Positions 16,878-27,637 of a DNA stretch of 64,000 bases are shown here, piece after piece; position 1 is the stretch's first letter; each line of letters opens with the position of its first letter. The DNA comes from Candidatus Hydrogenedentota bacterium (GTDB taxonomy: Bacteria > Hydrogenedentota > Hydrogenedentia > Hydrogenedentales > GCA-2746185), in the NCBI GenBank assembly GCA_046583315.1, contig JAYGCN010000052.1, forward strand, positions 15,236-79,235. Reading direction: 5' to 3'. A model generated the notes under the pieces. It saw nothing but the letters and a program-made list of their open reading frames with translations. It was not told where the DNA came from and searched no databases. A program made the translations under genes and the position numbers.

Positions 16878-19298
16878 GTGTACATGGTAGTAGATGAGAT
16901 ATTGGGTCGGGTCGCGCTGGATGTATCGATCGATAAAGAGAAGGTCGCCAAAACGATTGAATTGCTGAACGCGGGTTCGACAATCCCTTTCATTGCCCGG
17001 TATCGCAAAGATGTCACGGGGCAGCTAAACGAGGTTCAGCTGGAAGCCATTTCTGAGCGGAACCAGTACTTCATCTCCATGCAGCAACGTAGGGACTCGA
17101 TTCTGGAGACGATTCGTAAGCAGGAAAAACTCACGCCGGAGTTGGAGAAAAGGATTCTCGCCTGCTGGGACAAGAACGCTCTGGAAGATCTCTATCTGCC
17201 GTACAAGAGGCAACGCCGCACGAAGGCGACGGTTGCGCGTGAGCAGGGTCTGGAACCGCTTGCCGATTTTCTGTTTAACCAGGTCGAGGGTGAGGTTGCA
17301 ATTGATGCCTTTGCGGAAAGCTTCGTAAATCCGGCGAAGGAAGTCCCGTCCATTGAGGGTGCGCTGGAAGGCGCACGTTTTATTCTCGCGGAGCGCATTT
17401 CCATAGACTTTGGGATTCGCGCCTATGTGCGTGATCGGATGATGGAAGAAAGTCGTCTTGCGGCGCATTCCACAAAACTTTCCGACGGCAAGAAGACGAA
17501 GTATTCTTCGTACTACGAATTCAACGAGGTCTTGAAGAATGTTGTTTCGCATCGTATGCTGGCGATTCTGCGGGGAGTCAAAGAGGCTTTGCTCCGAATG
17601 GAAGTGGTGCTGGATGATGAATCGATTCAACAGGGTATTGTCGGGAAGGTAGTGCAGGATGCCTCATCGGAATATGCGACACATCTTATTCAGGCGATAG
17701 ACGATTCGTATAAGCGACTGATTCTGCCTTCGATAGAAAATGAAGTCATCGGTATTGCCCGAAAGAAAGCGGACGATCACGCGATCAAGGTTTTTCGTGA
17801 CAACGCGTACAAGTTGTTGTTGGCAGCACCGGCAGGACGCATCGCGGTCATCGGTCTTGATCCAGGATTGCGCACCGGATGCAAACTGGCTGTGATTGAC
17901 ACGATGGGCAACTACGTAGAAAGCGATACGATACATCTTCAGGCTTCCGAAGAAGCGCGCCAGGACGCACGCTCGACGTTGGTTGCCTTGATGAAGAATC
18001 ATAAAGCGATGGCCATCGCGATTGGAAACGGAACTGGATCGCGGGAGGCGCATACCTTCGTTAAAGTAGTTATTGCGTCGGAGCCCGAAATCAGTGAGGG
18101 CTTCTGCGTACTCGTGAATGAGGCGGGTGCTTCAATTTATTCAGCATCCAAAATTGCGCGCGAGGAGTTCCCCGATCTGGATGTGACCATACGCGGGGCC
18201 ATTTCCATTGCCCGGCGACTACAGGATCCGCTGGCGGAGTTGGTGAAAATTGAACCCCGTAGCGTTGGCGTTGGTCAATACCAACATGATGTCAATCAAA
18301 AAATTCTGCGCGAGGGCTTGCATCGCACCGTGGTCTCCTGCGTGAACAAGGTCGGTGTGGATCTTAACACGGCATCGGTTCCGTTGCTGCGGTATGTCAG
18401 CGGCGTGCAATACGGGACCGCTCAGCATATCGTCGCCCGTCGTAATGAGATCGGCGGATTCAAGAATCGACAGCAGTTGCTGGACGTAGACGGCATCGGG
18501 CCCAAAGTATTTGAACAGTGTGCGGGATTTTTGCGCATTCATGACGAAGAAAATGCATTGGATTCCACAGCGATTCATCCTGAATCCTATGATGTTGTCG
18601 AAGCTATGGCCACAGCGCTGAACTCGACTTCAAAAGAACTCATCGGAAATACCGAACTTCTCAAAAAGCTCGAACTTGAACAGTTTAATTCCGACTCCAT
18701 TGGCACCTTGACCCTCAAAGATATTGTCAACGAGCTGCGCAAGCCGAGTCGGGACCCGCGTAAGAAATTCGAGGTCCCCGAGTTTATCGAAGGCGTGGAG
18801 TCGATAAAAGACCTTAACCTGGATATGGAACTTCAAGGAGTGGTGACCAACGTCACAGATTTCGGAGCCTTCGTGGATGTCGGTGTCCATCAAGACGGCC
18901 TTGTGCATTTGTCCGAAATGGCCAATCGATTCGTTCGCGACCCATTGGAAGTTGTTGGCGTGGGGGATATCGTGCGCGTCAAGGTGATCGGGATCGATGT
19001 CGAAATGCCGCGCATCTCACTGTCCATCAAAGCACTACTTCCGCCTCCGGCACAAAAGGCGCATCGTCGTAGAGCGGCTGCGTCCGACAAGAAGTCCGAT
19101 GGCGATAAAGCCAGGCGCGAGCGTCCGGTTCATGCTAAGGGTAAAGCTAAGGGCAAACCTGCCAGGTCAAAGGACACGCGCCGTTCTGGAAAGAAGCAGG
19201 GCAGGCCCAAACAGACCCAACCGGCTACCAGTACCGAAGGGATGAACACCCAATTGGCCGATCAATTGGCCAGTTTGAAGGCTCGTTTCAACGATTAG
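16878..19298 (+). CDS. tex: Tex-like transcription accessory protein (S1 RNA-binding domain)
   Basis: IPFIARYRKD N-terminal motif, a YqgF/HhH central region, an S1 domain (GVVTNVTDFGAFVDVGVHQDGLVHLSEM) and a K/R-rich C-terminal tail. The start could instead be ATG 16884. Confidence 0.88.
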   Translation: MYMVVDEILGRVALDVSIDKEKVAKTIELLNAGSTIPFIARYRKDVTGQLNEVQLEAISERNQYFISMQQRRDSILETIRKQEKLTPELEKRILACWDKNALEDLYLPYKRQRRTKATVAREQGLEPLADFLFNQVEGEVAIDAFAESFVNPAKEVPSIEGALEGARFILAERISIDFGIRAYVRDRMMEESRLAAHSTKLSDGKKTKYSSYYEFNEVLKNVVSHRMLAILRGVKEALLRMEVVLDDESIQQGIVGKVVQDASSEYATHLIQAIDDSYKRLILPSIENEVIGIARKKADDHAIKVFRDNAYKLLLAAPAGRIAVIGLDPGLRTGCKLAVIDTMGNYVESDTIHLQASEEARQDARSTLVALMKNHKAMAIAIGNGTGSREAHTFVKVVIASEPEISEGFCVLVNEAGASIYSASKIAREEFPDLDVTIRGAISIARRLQDPLAELVKIEPRSVGVGQYQHDVNQKILREGLHRTVVSCVNKVGVDLNTASVPLLRYVSGVQYGTAQHIVARRNEIGGFKNRQQLLDVDGIGPKVFEQCAGFLRIHDEENALDSTAIHPESYDVVEAMATALNSTSKELIGNTELLKKLELEQFNSDSIGTLTLKDIVNELRKPSRDPRKKFEVPEFIEGVESIKDLNLDMELQGVVTNVTDFGAFVDVGVHQDGLVHLSEMANRFVRDPLEVVGVGDIVRVKVIGIDVEMPRISLSIKALLPPPAQKAHRRRAAASDKKSDGDKARRERPVHAKGKAKGKPARSKDTRRSGKKQGRPKQTQPATSTEGMNTQLADQLASLKARFND

Positions 19299-19460
19299 CA
19301 GCCCGTCTGTGTGCTACCGAAGCTCTTCTTCCTCAAACAACTCTAAACCCTTGTCCGTAGGGACTTTTTTGACTTTTCAGCACCCGGCATGATAGATTTT
19401 GCTGTTTGATTCTACGCCAATTCTGACGACATAGCAGGCTTTCAGGCCAGATTTCCATTT

Positions 19461-22250
19461 ATGAGTGAAATTAACTACAAACAGACCGTAAACCTCCCCA
19501 AAACTGACTTTCCCATGCGGGCAAACCTGACAAAACGGGAGCCTGAAACGGTCGAACGTTGGGACGAGATTGACCTCTACGGAAAGATGCGCGAGCAATC
19601 TGCCGGAAAGCCCAAATTCGTGCTCCACGACGGCCCGCCTTATGCGAACGGCGAATTGCACGCGGGAACGGCCCTGAACAAAATCATCAAAGATATCGTC
19701 GTAAAATCCAAGCAGATGGCCGGGTTTGATGCGCCGTATGTGCCGGGCTGGGATTGTCACGGATTGCCGATTGAGTATAGAGTGCTCAGCGAACTCGGCG
19801 ACGAGGCGAAAACACTCAGCCAGGTAGATATTCGTCGTAAATGCCGCGAGTTCGCCCTGAAATACGTCGAGCTGCATCGCGAAGGTTTCAAGCGCCTGCT
19901 GGTTATGGGTGATTGGGCGAATCCCTATTTGACCCTCAATCCCGATTATGTAGCGACTGGTATTCGCGTGTTTTCCGAAATGTACCGCACTGGCGGGATC
20001 TACAAAGGCCTGAAACCCATCTACTGGTGCTCCCATTGCCAGACGGCACTTGCCGAAGCCGAAGTGGAATATGGCGACCACACTTCGCCGAGCATCTACG
20101 TCAAATTCAAGGCCGTGGATGAGGTGCCTGGATTGGATGGCGATGTGTCATTCGTCATTTGGACGACGACTCCGTGGACCCTGGCCGCGAACTTGGCGAT
20201 TTCGTTGCACCCTGATTTCAAATACAGCGCCATCAAGGCCAACGGCGAGACGCTTATCATGGCGACGGATTTGGCCGCGAAGGCCATGACCGCATGCGGC
20301 ATCAGCGATTATGAAACAATCAAAAAATTCAACGGCTCAGAACTCGAAGGCCTGAAGTACCAGCATGTGCAGTTTGAAGACCGGATTTGTCCCATCATTT
20401 TGGGTGACCATGTTACGCTTGAGGCCGGTACGGGTTGTGTACACACGGCTCCGGGTCATGGACAGGAAGATTACGTTGTCGGCGCGCGTTACGGCATTGA
20501 GCCGCTTTCGCCAGTGGATGCCGAAGGTTGTTATACGGCTGATGCGGGTAAATACGAAGGCTTGCATGTATTCAAGGCCAACGATGTTGTTATAGAGGAT
20601 TTGACCGCATCCGGGCATCTGCTGCATACCGAAAAAATCATTCACAGCTACCCTCACTGCTGGCGTTGTTCCACCCCGGTCATCTATCGGGCGACTCCCC
20701 AGTGGTTTGTCTCCATGAGCGAGAATGATTTACGCGGCAACGCCAGCGCAGCGGTTGATTCGGTCCAATGGATTCCCGCTTGGGGCAAAGAACGCATCCG
20801 TTCCATGATTGAGCAGCGCCCTGACTGGTGTATCAGTCGCCAACGCTCATGGGGCGTGCCGATTCCCATTCTGTACTGTGCGGATTGCGGTGAGGTTCAT
20901 GCGACGGACGGTGCATTCAAGAAAATTGAAGAGACGGCATTGTCCGCGATCGACGGAATTGATCGCTGGTTTGATCAGGATGCTTCGACCTTTGTGCCCG
21001 AGGGTGAGACCTGTGCCAAATGCGGCAGTGCGAATTTTACCAAAGAAACCGATATTCTCGATGTGTGGTTTGATTCTGGTGTGAGTAACCGGGCCGTCGT
21101 CGAAAAGCATCCCGATCTCACCTGGCCCGCGGATATGTATTTGGAAGGCAGCGATCAACACAGGGGATGGTTCCAGTCCTCTCTGTTGCCGGCGATTGCC
21201 GTTAAAGGTCAGCCGCCTTACAAAACGGTTGTGACCCACGGTTATGTTGTAGACGGGACAGGGAAGAAACTTTCGAAGAGTCTTGGCAACTTTATGGAGC
21301 TACCCAAGTTACTGAAGAAAGTAGGTGCCGAAGTGGTTCGCCTTTGGGTGGCCGGTGAGAATTACCAACAGGACATTCGTTTGTCCGACGAGATTCTGAC
21401 GCAAATGCAGGATGCCTACCGTCGCATTCGCAACACGCTACGCTATCCGCTTAGCAACCTATACGATTTCGACGCTTCCATGGCCATACCTTTCGAAGAA
21501 CTCGTAGAGGTTGACCAGTGGGCATTGTCCCGCATGCAGGACCTGCGCGAACGCGTCTTGAAATCCTACGCCGACTATGAATTTCATCAGGTCTACCACA
21601 GTATCGTAAATTTCTCCTCGACCGAGTTGAGTTCATTTTACTTTGACATTCTTAAAGATCGGCTGTATACATTTGCGGTCGATTCCAAAGAGCGTCGATC
21701 GGCACAGACCGCGCTCGCAGCCATTCTGGTGGACTTGCTCAAGCTGTTGGCCCCCATCCTTTCGCACACCTGCGATGAAGCGTGGCAGGAATTGCCGGAA
21801 GGGTACAAAGATGCGGACAGTGTGCATCTTGCGGGATTCCCCGAAGCTCATGCGAATTATGCGCTTTCTCCGGAAGCTGTGGTCCACTGGGGCGAGCTTT
21901 TGCGTCTGCGCGGCATTGTCTCCAAGGCACTTGAAGAAATGCGGCGTAACAAGGAAATCGGTTCCTCGCTCGAAGCGGCGGTTACCCTTACGCCTGGAAC
22001 CGAAGCGGTTGAAAAGACATTAAAACAGTATGAAGCGAATTTGGAATCGATATTTATTGTTTCAAATTGTACGGTGGCGGCTCTTGATGAGAGTGGCGCA
22101 ACCGGTGAAGATAAATTAGCAGTAACGGCGACGAAAGCGGACGGTGAAAAATGTGCGCGTTGCTGGAATTTTAGAAAAAGTGTAGGAACGAATGAAACAC
22201 ACCCGACGATTTGCGAACGGTGTGTTGAACAACTGGGAGTGACAGCATGA
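19461..22250 (+). CDS. ileS: Isoleucine--tRNA ligase
   Basis: HIGH motif ([12 protein letters not shown]), KMSKS motif (KLSKSLGN), and C-terminal zinc-finger cysteines (CARCW...CERC). Confidence 0.95.
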   Translation: MSEINYKQTVNLPKTDFPMRANLTKREPETVERWDEIDLYGKMREQSAGKPKFVLHDGPPYANGELHAGTALNKIIKDIVVKSKQMAGFDAPYVPGWDCHGLPIEYRVLSELGDEAKTLSQVDIRRKCREFALKYVELHREGFKRLLVMGDWANPYLTLNPDYVATGIRVFSEMYRTGGIYKGLKPIYWCSHCQTALAEAEVEYGDHTSPSIYVKFKAVDEVPGLDGDVSFVIWTTTPWTLAANLAISLHPDFKYSAIKANGETLIMATDLAAKAMTACGISDYETIKKFNGSELEGLKYQHVQFEDRICPIILGDHVTLEAGTGCVHTAPGHGQEDYVVGARYGIEPLSPVDAEGCYTADAGKYEGLHVFKANDVVIEDLTASGHLLHTEKIIHSYPHCWRCSTPVIYRATPQWFVSMSENDLRGNASAAVDSVQWIPAWGKERIRSMIEQRPDWCISRQRSWGVPIPILYCADCGEVHATDGAFKKIEETALSAIDGIDRWFDQDASTFVPEGETCAKCGSANFTKETDILDVWFDSGVSNRAVVEKHPDLTWPADMYLEGSDQHRGWFQSSLLPAIAVKGQPPYKTVVTHGYVVDGTGKKLSKSLGNFMELPKLLKKVGAEVVRLWVAGENYQQDIRLSDEILTQMQDAYRRIRNTLRYPLSNLYDFDASMAIPFEELVEVDQWALSRMQDLRERVLKSYADYEFHQVYHSIVNFSSTELSSFYFDILKDRLYTFAVDSKERRSAQTALAAILVDLLKLLAPILSHTCDEAWQELPEGYKDADSVHLAGFPEAHANYALSPEAVVHWGELLRLRGIVSKALEEMRRNKEIGSSLEAAVTLTPGTEAVEKTLKQYEANLESIFIVSNCTVAALDESGATGEDKLAVTATKADGEKCARCWNFRKSVGTNETHPTICERCVEQLGVTA

Positions 22251-22621
22251 ACAAACGTGAGTTAGGAAAATTCAAGAAACTGCTTCTCGCCGAAGGGCAA
22301 CACTTCAACGAAGGGATCAAAACAATCGAACGCGATACCCTCGAAAGCACCAACGGCGACAAGAGCGGCGACTTCAGTAGCTTTGCCGATGCGGGTACAG
22401 ACAACAACGATCGTGAAACGGCATTGCGTCTGGCGAGCGGCGAGACGCAGATGTTGAACGCCGTTGCCGACGCCCTGCAGCGAATTGACGACGGAACCTA
22501 TGGCAAATGCGTCGACTGCGATGGCAAGATTCCAGTGAAACGTCTCGAAGTATTTCCGGCAGCAAAACGATGCATTCAGTGCAAAGAAATCCTGGAGAAA
22601 GAGCAAGAGGGATATGCATAG
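22247..22621 (+). CDS. DksA/TraR-family C4 zinc-finger protein
   Basis: [25 protein letters not shown] four-cysteine finger. ATGA overlap with ileS. Lies in the ileS-lspA neighbourhood. Confidence 0.85.
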   Translation: MNKRELGKFKKLLLAEGQHFNEGIKTIERDTLESTNGDKSGDFSSFADAGTDNNDRETALRLASGETQMLNAVADALQRIDDGTYGKCVDCDGKIPVKRLEVFPAAKRCIQCKEILEKEQEGYA

Positions 22622-22648
22622 CATTTCCAAGCAGGCCTGCTGATAGCC

Positions 22649-23170
22649 ATGGTCACGCGCAAACAGCAATTTTTATGGATAGGGGGAGTCTTGGGATTCG
22701 TTCTGGGGCTCGACCAAATTCTCAAAGCCTGGATCGTCCGTACGATTGAACCGCACGCGCCGTATCGCGGCGATGTGTTTTTTCACTTCACCCACCAGCG
22801 CAATACTGGGCTGATGGGCGGGTCATTCAGCGATATTCCGCTCGTGGCCTATATCGCGCCCGTGATCGCGTTTTTTGTGCTGATCTACATGTATCGGCAG
22901 TTGTCACCGGAATCCCGCGTGCAATCGATTGCCTATGGCATGATTTTGGGCGGTGCATTGGGGAATTTCATTGATCGAATTCGCCTAGGCGCGGTCACCG
23001 ATTTCTTTCAGTTTCATTTCCTCTTCATCCCGTTCGATTTCCCGTGGAAATATTACCCCGCGTTCAATATTGCGGATTCCGGGATCATCTGCGGTGTGAT
23101 ATTGCTATTTTTTACGCTAAACACGGCCGGAACACCGGAAGAAACGACACCCGAAGAAAATGTTTCCTGA
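22649..23170 (+). CDS. lspA: Lipoprotein signal peptidase (signal peptidase II)
   Basis: Four TM segments with the conserved NTGLMGGSF and FNIADSGI aspartate motifs. Confidence 0.9.
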   Translation: MVTRKQQFLWIGGVLGFVLGLDQILKAWIVRTIEPHAPYRGDVFFHFTHQRNTGLMGGSFSDIPLVAYIAPVIAFFVLIYMYRQLSPESRVQSIAYGMILGGALGNFIDRIRLGAVTDFFQFHFLFIPFDFPWKYYPAFNIADSGIICGVILLFFTLNTAGTPEETTPEENVS

Positions 23171-24017
23171 ACTATTTAGAATAGGCCCTGTGCCGCTCCA
23201 TTCTTACGGCTTTATGATTGCCGTGGGTTTTCTTTCGGTACTCTATTTCATTCAACGGGATGCCGAGCGCGAGGGTTTTGACCCCAAACTCTTCGCCGAT
23301 TTGGCCTTTGTTGTGCTTCCACTGGGACTTCTGGGTACTCGCTTGGCCCATATTTTCATGTTCCCCAAGTATTATTCCCTCTCTGACCCTATCGGCTGGA
23401 TAGCCGTGTGGAACGGTGGTCTGGTGTTTCAGGGAGGGCCGCCTCTGGCCATCGCGTATGGGTATTGGTTTTTCCGCAAGAAAGGAATCCCCTTTTGGAA
23501 CGGAATCGACATCATTTTTCCATATGTGGCGCTGGGACACGGGATTGGCCGCATTGGCTGTTTTCTCAAAGGATGCTGCTACGGTGCCCTAACGGACGTG
23601 CCCTGGGCGACCTCGTTTCCACGAATTCTTGACCCGGATTCCAACAATATCACCGGAAGTCCGGCGTTCTTGAGCCATTTTCGGGACTTTTCCGATATTA
23701 CCGTGGAATCGACCCATGCGCACGCGATTCATCCTACACAACTGTATAGTTTCGTTGGGCTTATGTGTATTCTGGGAATCATGTTGAGCCTTCGCAAGTG
23801 GTGGAATCCATACACGGGCTTTACCTTCCCGATGTACTTCATCATCTACGGATCATTCCGTTTCGGACTCGAGTTTTTGCGCGGTGATCATAACCCGGTT
23901 CACGCTTTCGGACTCTCCGATCAGCAACTGTTCAGTCTCGGTGGTGTCGTGATTGGCATTGTTTTCTTCTTCGTTCTCGGCCGCTACCAGAAGAATCAGG
24001 ACTCCAAAGCCGCCTAG
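23160..24017 (+). CDS. lgt: Prolipoprotein diacylglyceryl transferase
   Basis: HSYGFMIAVGF N-terminus and the GRIGCFLKGCCYG signature region. Polytopic; overlaps lspA by 11 nt. Confidence 0.88.
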   Translation: MFPELFRIGPVPLHSYGFMIAVGFLSVLYFIQRDAEREGFDPKLFADLAFVVLPLGLLGTRLAHIFMFPKYYSLSDPIGWIAVWNGGLVFQGGPPLAIAYGYWFFRKKGIPFWNGIDIIFPYVALGHGIGRIGCFLKGCCYGALTDVPWATSFPRILDPDSNNITGSPAFLSHFRDFSDITVESTHAHAIHPTQLYSFVGLMCILGIMLSLRKWWNPYTGFTFPMYFIIYGSFRFGLEFLRGDHNPVHAFGLSDQQLFSLGGVVIGIVFFFVLGRYQKNQDSKAA

Positions 24018-24076
24018 TGCCTCGAATCAGCTCAGTCTTCTAACTTGACGATATCAGGCAAGTTGCAATACATCTT

Positions 24077-24122
24077 CGTTTCGAACGAAACGCCCTGGGA
24101 TCAGAATTGTTTCGCGTGAAAC
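24077..24122. promoter_or_regulatory. Two related palindromic operator-like sites sharing the half-site GTTTCG
   Basis: CGTTTCG-AA-CGAAACG (24077-24092) and GTTTC-GCGT-GAAAC (24109-24122). Their centres are ~31 bp apart, immediately upstream of a -35 box. Confidence 0.45.
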
Positions 24123-24124
24123 GC

Positions 24125-24153
24125 TTGACAAAACCCTGTTTAAGTTCTACATT
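24125..24153 (+). promoter_or_regulatory. Candidate sigma-70 promoter of the NtrC-family regulator gene
   Basis: TTGACA (24125-24130), 17-nt spacer, TACATT (24148-24153), 30 nt before ATG 24184. Confidence 0.45.
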
Positions 24154-24183
24154 CCGATTCGGGGAACAAGCAGGGGACATCGT

Positions 24184-25851
24184 ATGAGACCGACCAAATT
24201 AAGCTCCAATGTATTTCTGGAATTGCCGCCCGTGTTGGCGCACTACACCGATTCCGAACGCAACACCTGTATCGAAGGAATTCCAAAACGCGGACGACTG
24301 AGCATGCTGAATCGACCGGGCACGTTTCAGGAGATCGAGTCCCAAGCCATCGAGCGAAAGTATCTGCTTCAGATGCTCGGCCCGGAGCGACTACGGGCCA
24401 TCAAATTTCAATCCGGTTTCGAAGTCGGACGCCGAGATGCGCTCCGGCATTATGAGATCCAGGGCGACAACGCGCGGCTGGCACTCCAGGCGGGGCTTGT
24501 TTATGGCCAGATACAGGGCAATTACGTGGCCCATGACATCAGATTCGAGTTTGATTTGGAAGCGGGGACGCTGTATCGCGAGGTAGAGCTGCACGCTTCG
24601 GCGGAATCGATGATGCACCGCATGATAGCACCGGACGATGAATCCTGCGTATGTTGGTATACGGCTGGGTATATATCGGGCCATATCAGCGAGCTCGTGG
24701 GACGCAAAGTACTGACCTTGGAGACCAATTGCATGGCTGAGGGCTCAGATACCTGCGGATTCGTGTCCAAATTCGACTCCGAGTGGGGGCCAGAAGCGGA
24801 TTGGATGCGCGAAGCGATGGAACAGCCCACGGTGGAAGATGAATTGTCGCAGCGAGACGAACTGATTGACACGGCGCAACAGGCCGCGCGCAAGGCTCAA
24901 GCATCGCTGGGAGGGATCAACCGTCGATTGCGCTCGGATCTTGCTGCGGATTCGCTGATCGCCGAATCCAAAGAGATGTTGCCCACACTCCGGCGCATGC
25001 AGTTGTGCATGCAATCTCACGCGCCGGTTCTGATCGCTGGTGAATCGGGCGTTGGTAAAGAAAGTGTTGCGCGTTCGATTCATTTCGGTAGTGATCGCAA
25101 GAAACGTCCTTTTATAGAAATCGACTGCAAGGGAATACCCGACACCATCATCAAACAGGAGTTGATTGGTTATGAAGCGGGTGCGATTACGGGGAGCATG
25201 CGCGCGCACAAGGGAGCGATTCAGAAAGCGACTGGCGGCACGTTGTATTTCAATGAGATTGCCGACCTGAGTATGGAGCTTCAACGCTTGCTCCTGCAGA
25301 TTCTGGAGACGGGTAAAGTACAGCCTATTGGCTCAGACTCAAATATTCGAGCCGATATTCGTATCATGGCGGCGACCCAGACCGACATCGATAAAGCTGT
25401 CAAAAAGGGCACATTTCGGGAGGATTTATATTATGCGCTGGCCATCTCTCGAGTCGATATTCCGCCTTTGCGTAAACGGGCCACCGATATCCTGCGACTG
25501 TCCGAGGCCTTCCTCATTGAATTCAAAGAACGCCACAAATGTGAGCATGTGACCATGAGCGGGGAGTTTCGTGAGGCCATCATGGATTGCGCTTGGCCGG
25601 GCAATGTGCGCCAATTGCGCAATGTCATCGAGCACGCCGTGCTGATGTCTTCCACGGGAAGGCTCACGCCCAAAGAGTTGCCTGAGGAAATTCTTGCGTC
25701 CCGATGGGTGCGCAAACCGGAGCATCTCACCGAAGAAGTTATTTTGGCCACGCTGAGCCGCACGCACAATAACCGGAGCGAAGCAGCGGAATTATTGGGC
25801 ATCGGGCGTACGACGCTGTGGCGCACAATGAAGAAACTGGGGATCGACTAG
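24184..25851 (+). CDS. NtrC/XylR-family AAA+ transcriptional regulator with a V4R-like sensor domain and a Fis-type HTH; atypical sigma-54 interaction and Walker B motifs
   Basis: V4R-like segment CWYTAGYISGHISELVGRKVLTLETNCMAEGSDTCGF. Walker A is GESGVGKE. The conserved GAFTGA reads GAITGS, and the Walker B hhhhDE reads LYFNE. FREDLYYAL is present. C-terminal HTH AAELLGIGRTTLWRTMKKLGI. Confidence 0.85.
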   Translation: MRPTKLSSNVFLELPPVLAHYTDSERNTCIEGIPKRGRLSMLNRPGTFQEIESQAIERKYLLQMLGPERLRAIKFQSGFEVGRRDALRHYEIQGDNARLALQAGLVYGQIQGNYVAHDIRFEFDLEAGTLYREVELHASAESMMHRMIAPDDESCVCWYTAGYISGHISELVGRKVLTLETNCMAEGSDTCGFVSKFDSEWGPEADWMREAMEQPTVEDELSQRDELIDTAQQAARKAQASLGGINRRLRSDLAADSLIAESKEMLPTLRRMQLCMQSHAPVLIAGESGVGKESVARSIHFGSDRKKRPFIEIDCKGIPDTIIKQELIGYEAGAITGSMRAHKGAIQKATGGTLYFNEIADLSMELQRLLLQILETGKVQPIGSDSNIRADIRIMAATQTDIDKAVKKGTFREDLYYALAISRVDIPPLRKRATDILRLSEAFLIEFKERHKCEHVTMSGEFREAIMDCAWPGNVRQLRNVIEHAVLMSSTGRLTPKELPEEILASRWVRKPEHLTEEVILATLSRTHNNRSEAAELLGIGRTTLWRTMKKLGID

Positions 25852-25855
25852 GCGA

Positions 25856-26584
25856 ATGAACCTTCTGCGAAGACCGATGGGTGCTCTGGCAGTCTGCCTA
25901 ATTACAATCACTCTGTCCACATCCGCCCAAACGGAAGATGGACGCAAGCTGTTGCGTATGGCGAGCAAACTGGCTGGCGAGGGGAAGTATCCCGGTGCGC
26001 TGAGGATATTCGAGCAGGTGCGTCGTGATCATCCCGATAGCATCGTACCCCTGGACGGTGATATGTTCGCGACCTTGTACGGCATCCAGGGGGATACGGC
26101 GGGTCATCTCGAACACAGCAAGTGGATGTTGAAACGATTTCCAAATCCGAAGCGCGTGGAAAATGCTGAGCGCTGCGCCAAGGCGTGTATCTTGGCGCCG
26201 GGCATTGACGATCAAGAGTTGCTAAGGCACGCGGCACGATTGACGCGTTATGCGGCGACCGAGGGGAAAGGGGAGTTCGCGCCGTGGTTTCATGTCGCGC
26301 ATGGCATGGCGGAATATCGGTTGAAGAATTATGAAGAAGCCGTGCGCTGGCTTGAGGATGCCATCGACAACGAAGAAATAATGATACGCAGTTTGGCGCT
26401 GGCGTATCACACATTGGCATTGCACGGTCTGGATAAACCTTTACAGGCCACGGAGTCTCTGGAGCGAGCCAGAGCGATCGATTATAAAATGCCGAAAGTC
26501 GGATCACGCGAATTCGCCCGTGAGTGGTCCAATATTCTCGCGTTCCAGATAGGATTGCGCGAAGCCGAGGCGACCATTCGTTAA
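25856..26584 (+). CDS. Secreted hypothetical protein, TPR/helical-repeat-like
   Basis: Signal peptide MNLLRRPMGALAVCLITITLSTSAQ. Helical-repeat-like composition. Starts 4 nt after the regulator stop. No recognisable catalytic motif. Confidence 0.5.
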   Translation: MNLLRRPMGALAVCLITITLSTSAQTEDGRKLLRMASKLAGEGKYPGALRIFEQVRRDHPDSIVPLDGDMFATLYGIQGDTAGHLEHSKWMLKRFPNPKRVENAERCAKACILAPGIDDQELLRHAARLTRYAATEGKGEFAPWFHVAHGMAEYRLKNYEEAVRWLEDAIDNEEIMIRSLALAYHTLALHGLDKPLQATESLERARAIDYKMPKVGSREFAREWSNILAFQIGLREAEATIR

Positions 26585-26719
26585 GGTCGGCAAACTGAGT
26601 AATTCCATTATTTAGACAGTCCGTAGCACTATATGTAGTCGTGACGAATTCCCCTTTAATTTCGCTTTTCTGTTGGCTATAATTAAAGTCTAAGCCGAAA
26701 TGGGGAAGTCGATTATTAT

Positions 26720-27625
26720 ATGCTTTGGCGTTTTGTACAAATCAGCGATCCCCATCTGGGCAGTGAAACCGATGGTCAATGGAACAACGGTTTCATCTGT
26801 AGCATGATGCCTGACGTGATGCGGTGCCTGCGTAAGGACCTCGCCACGATTAACCCGGATTTCATTCTTGCCACGGGGGATATTTCCAGTCATCAAACGC
26901 GCGACGCCATGTTTGCCGCACGCGATCTGATGGATTCGCTGGGTTTTCCGTATTATCCGATGGGTGGGAATCATGATTTCGTGCTGGAAGATTCGCGGAA
27001 GTGGTTTCTGGAAGCGTTTCACAGTCATTTGCCGGTTCAGAATACCTATTACTCCTTCGATCACAATGAAATCCACTTCGCCGTGTTGGATCCCTGGTGG
27101 AAATGGGCCGACGATACGCTGCATCAGGTGAGTGAACCCGAAGTGGCTGCGCATCAGGAGATCCACCTGAAGGGTGCACGCTGGGAGTTGCCCCAGGAGC
27201 AACTCGATTGGCTTGAGCAAGATCTTTCGGAAAACGCGGACAAGATATGCCTCATTGCGAGCCACTTTCCGGCCATCGATATTCCTGAACGTTTGAAGCG
27301 GCCGGGGCTGCGTAATTCGGGCGCGCTGCAAAATGGGGACGACATCATCGCGCTGATACGTCGTCATCCTCAGGTGAAAGCGATATTCTCGGGGCATATG
27401 CACATGCACATTATTGAGCCTGACGAAGGCTTCACGCATGTGATTACCGGATCGCTGCCGGAATACCCGACGGAGTATCGGGAGGTGTGTGTGTTTGAAG
27501 ACCGCATTGAAATAAATACGGTAGGTCTCAGTGACCCCTCGTTTGCTACGCGCTCGCTGATTCCGGGCAAGGATTACACTTCCGGGCAGCCGGGTGATCG
27601 GAAAGCAGTAATCCCTTTTCGCTAG
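26720..27625 (+). CDS. Metallophosphoesterase (calcineurin-like)
   Basis: Ordered motifs DPHLG, GDISSH, GNHD and GHMH. Confidence 0.85.
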   Translation: MLWRFVQISDPHLGSETDGQWNNGFICSMMPDVMRCLRKDLATINPDFILATGDISSHQTRDAMFAARDLMDSLGFPYYPMGGNHDFVLEDSRKWFLEAFHSHLPVQNTYYSFDHNEIHFAVLDPWWKWADDTLHQVSEPEVAAHQEIHLKGARWELPQEQLDWLEQDLSENADKICLIASHFPAIDIPERLKRPGLRNSGALQNGDDIIALIRRHPQVKAIFSGHMHMHIIEPDEGFTHVITGSLPEYPTEYREVCVFEDRIEINTVGLSDPSFATRSLIPGKDYTSGQPGDRKAVIPFR

Positions 27626-27637
27626 ACGGTGGTTGGG

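Noticed and set aside
19340-19372. Possible terminator after tex (GTCC-GTAG-GGAC followed by TTTTTT)
   Set aside because: The stem is only 4 bp, so it may be weakly functional, but it cannot be supported from the sequence alone.
26690-27439. 249-aa minus-strand ORF
   Set aside because: It is antisense to the metallophosphoesterase gene, whose DPH/GD/GNHD/GH motif series is unambiguous.
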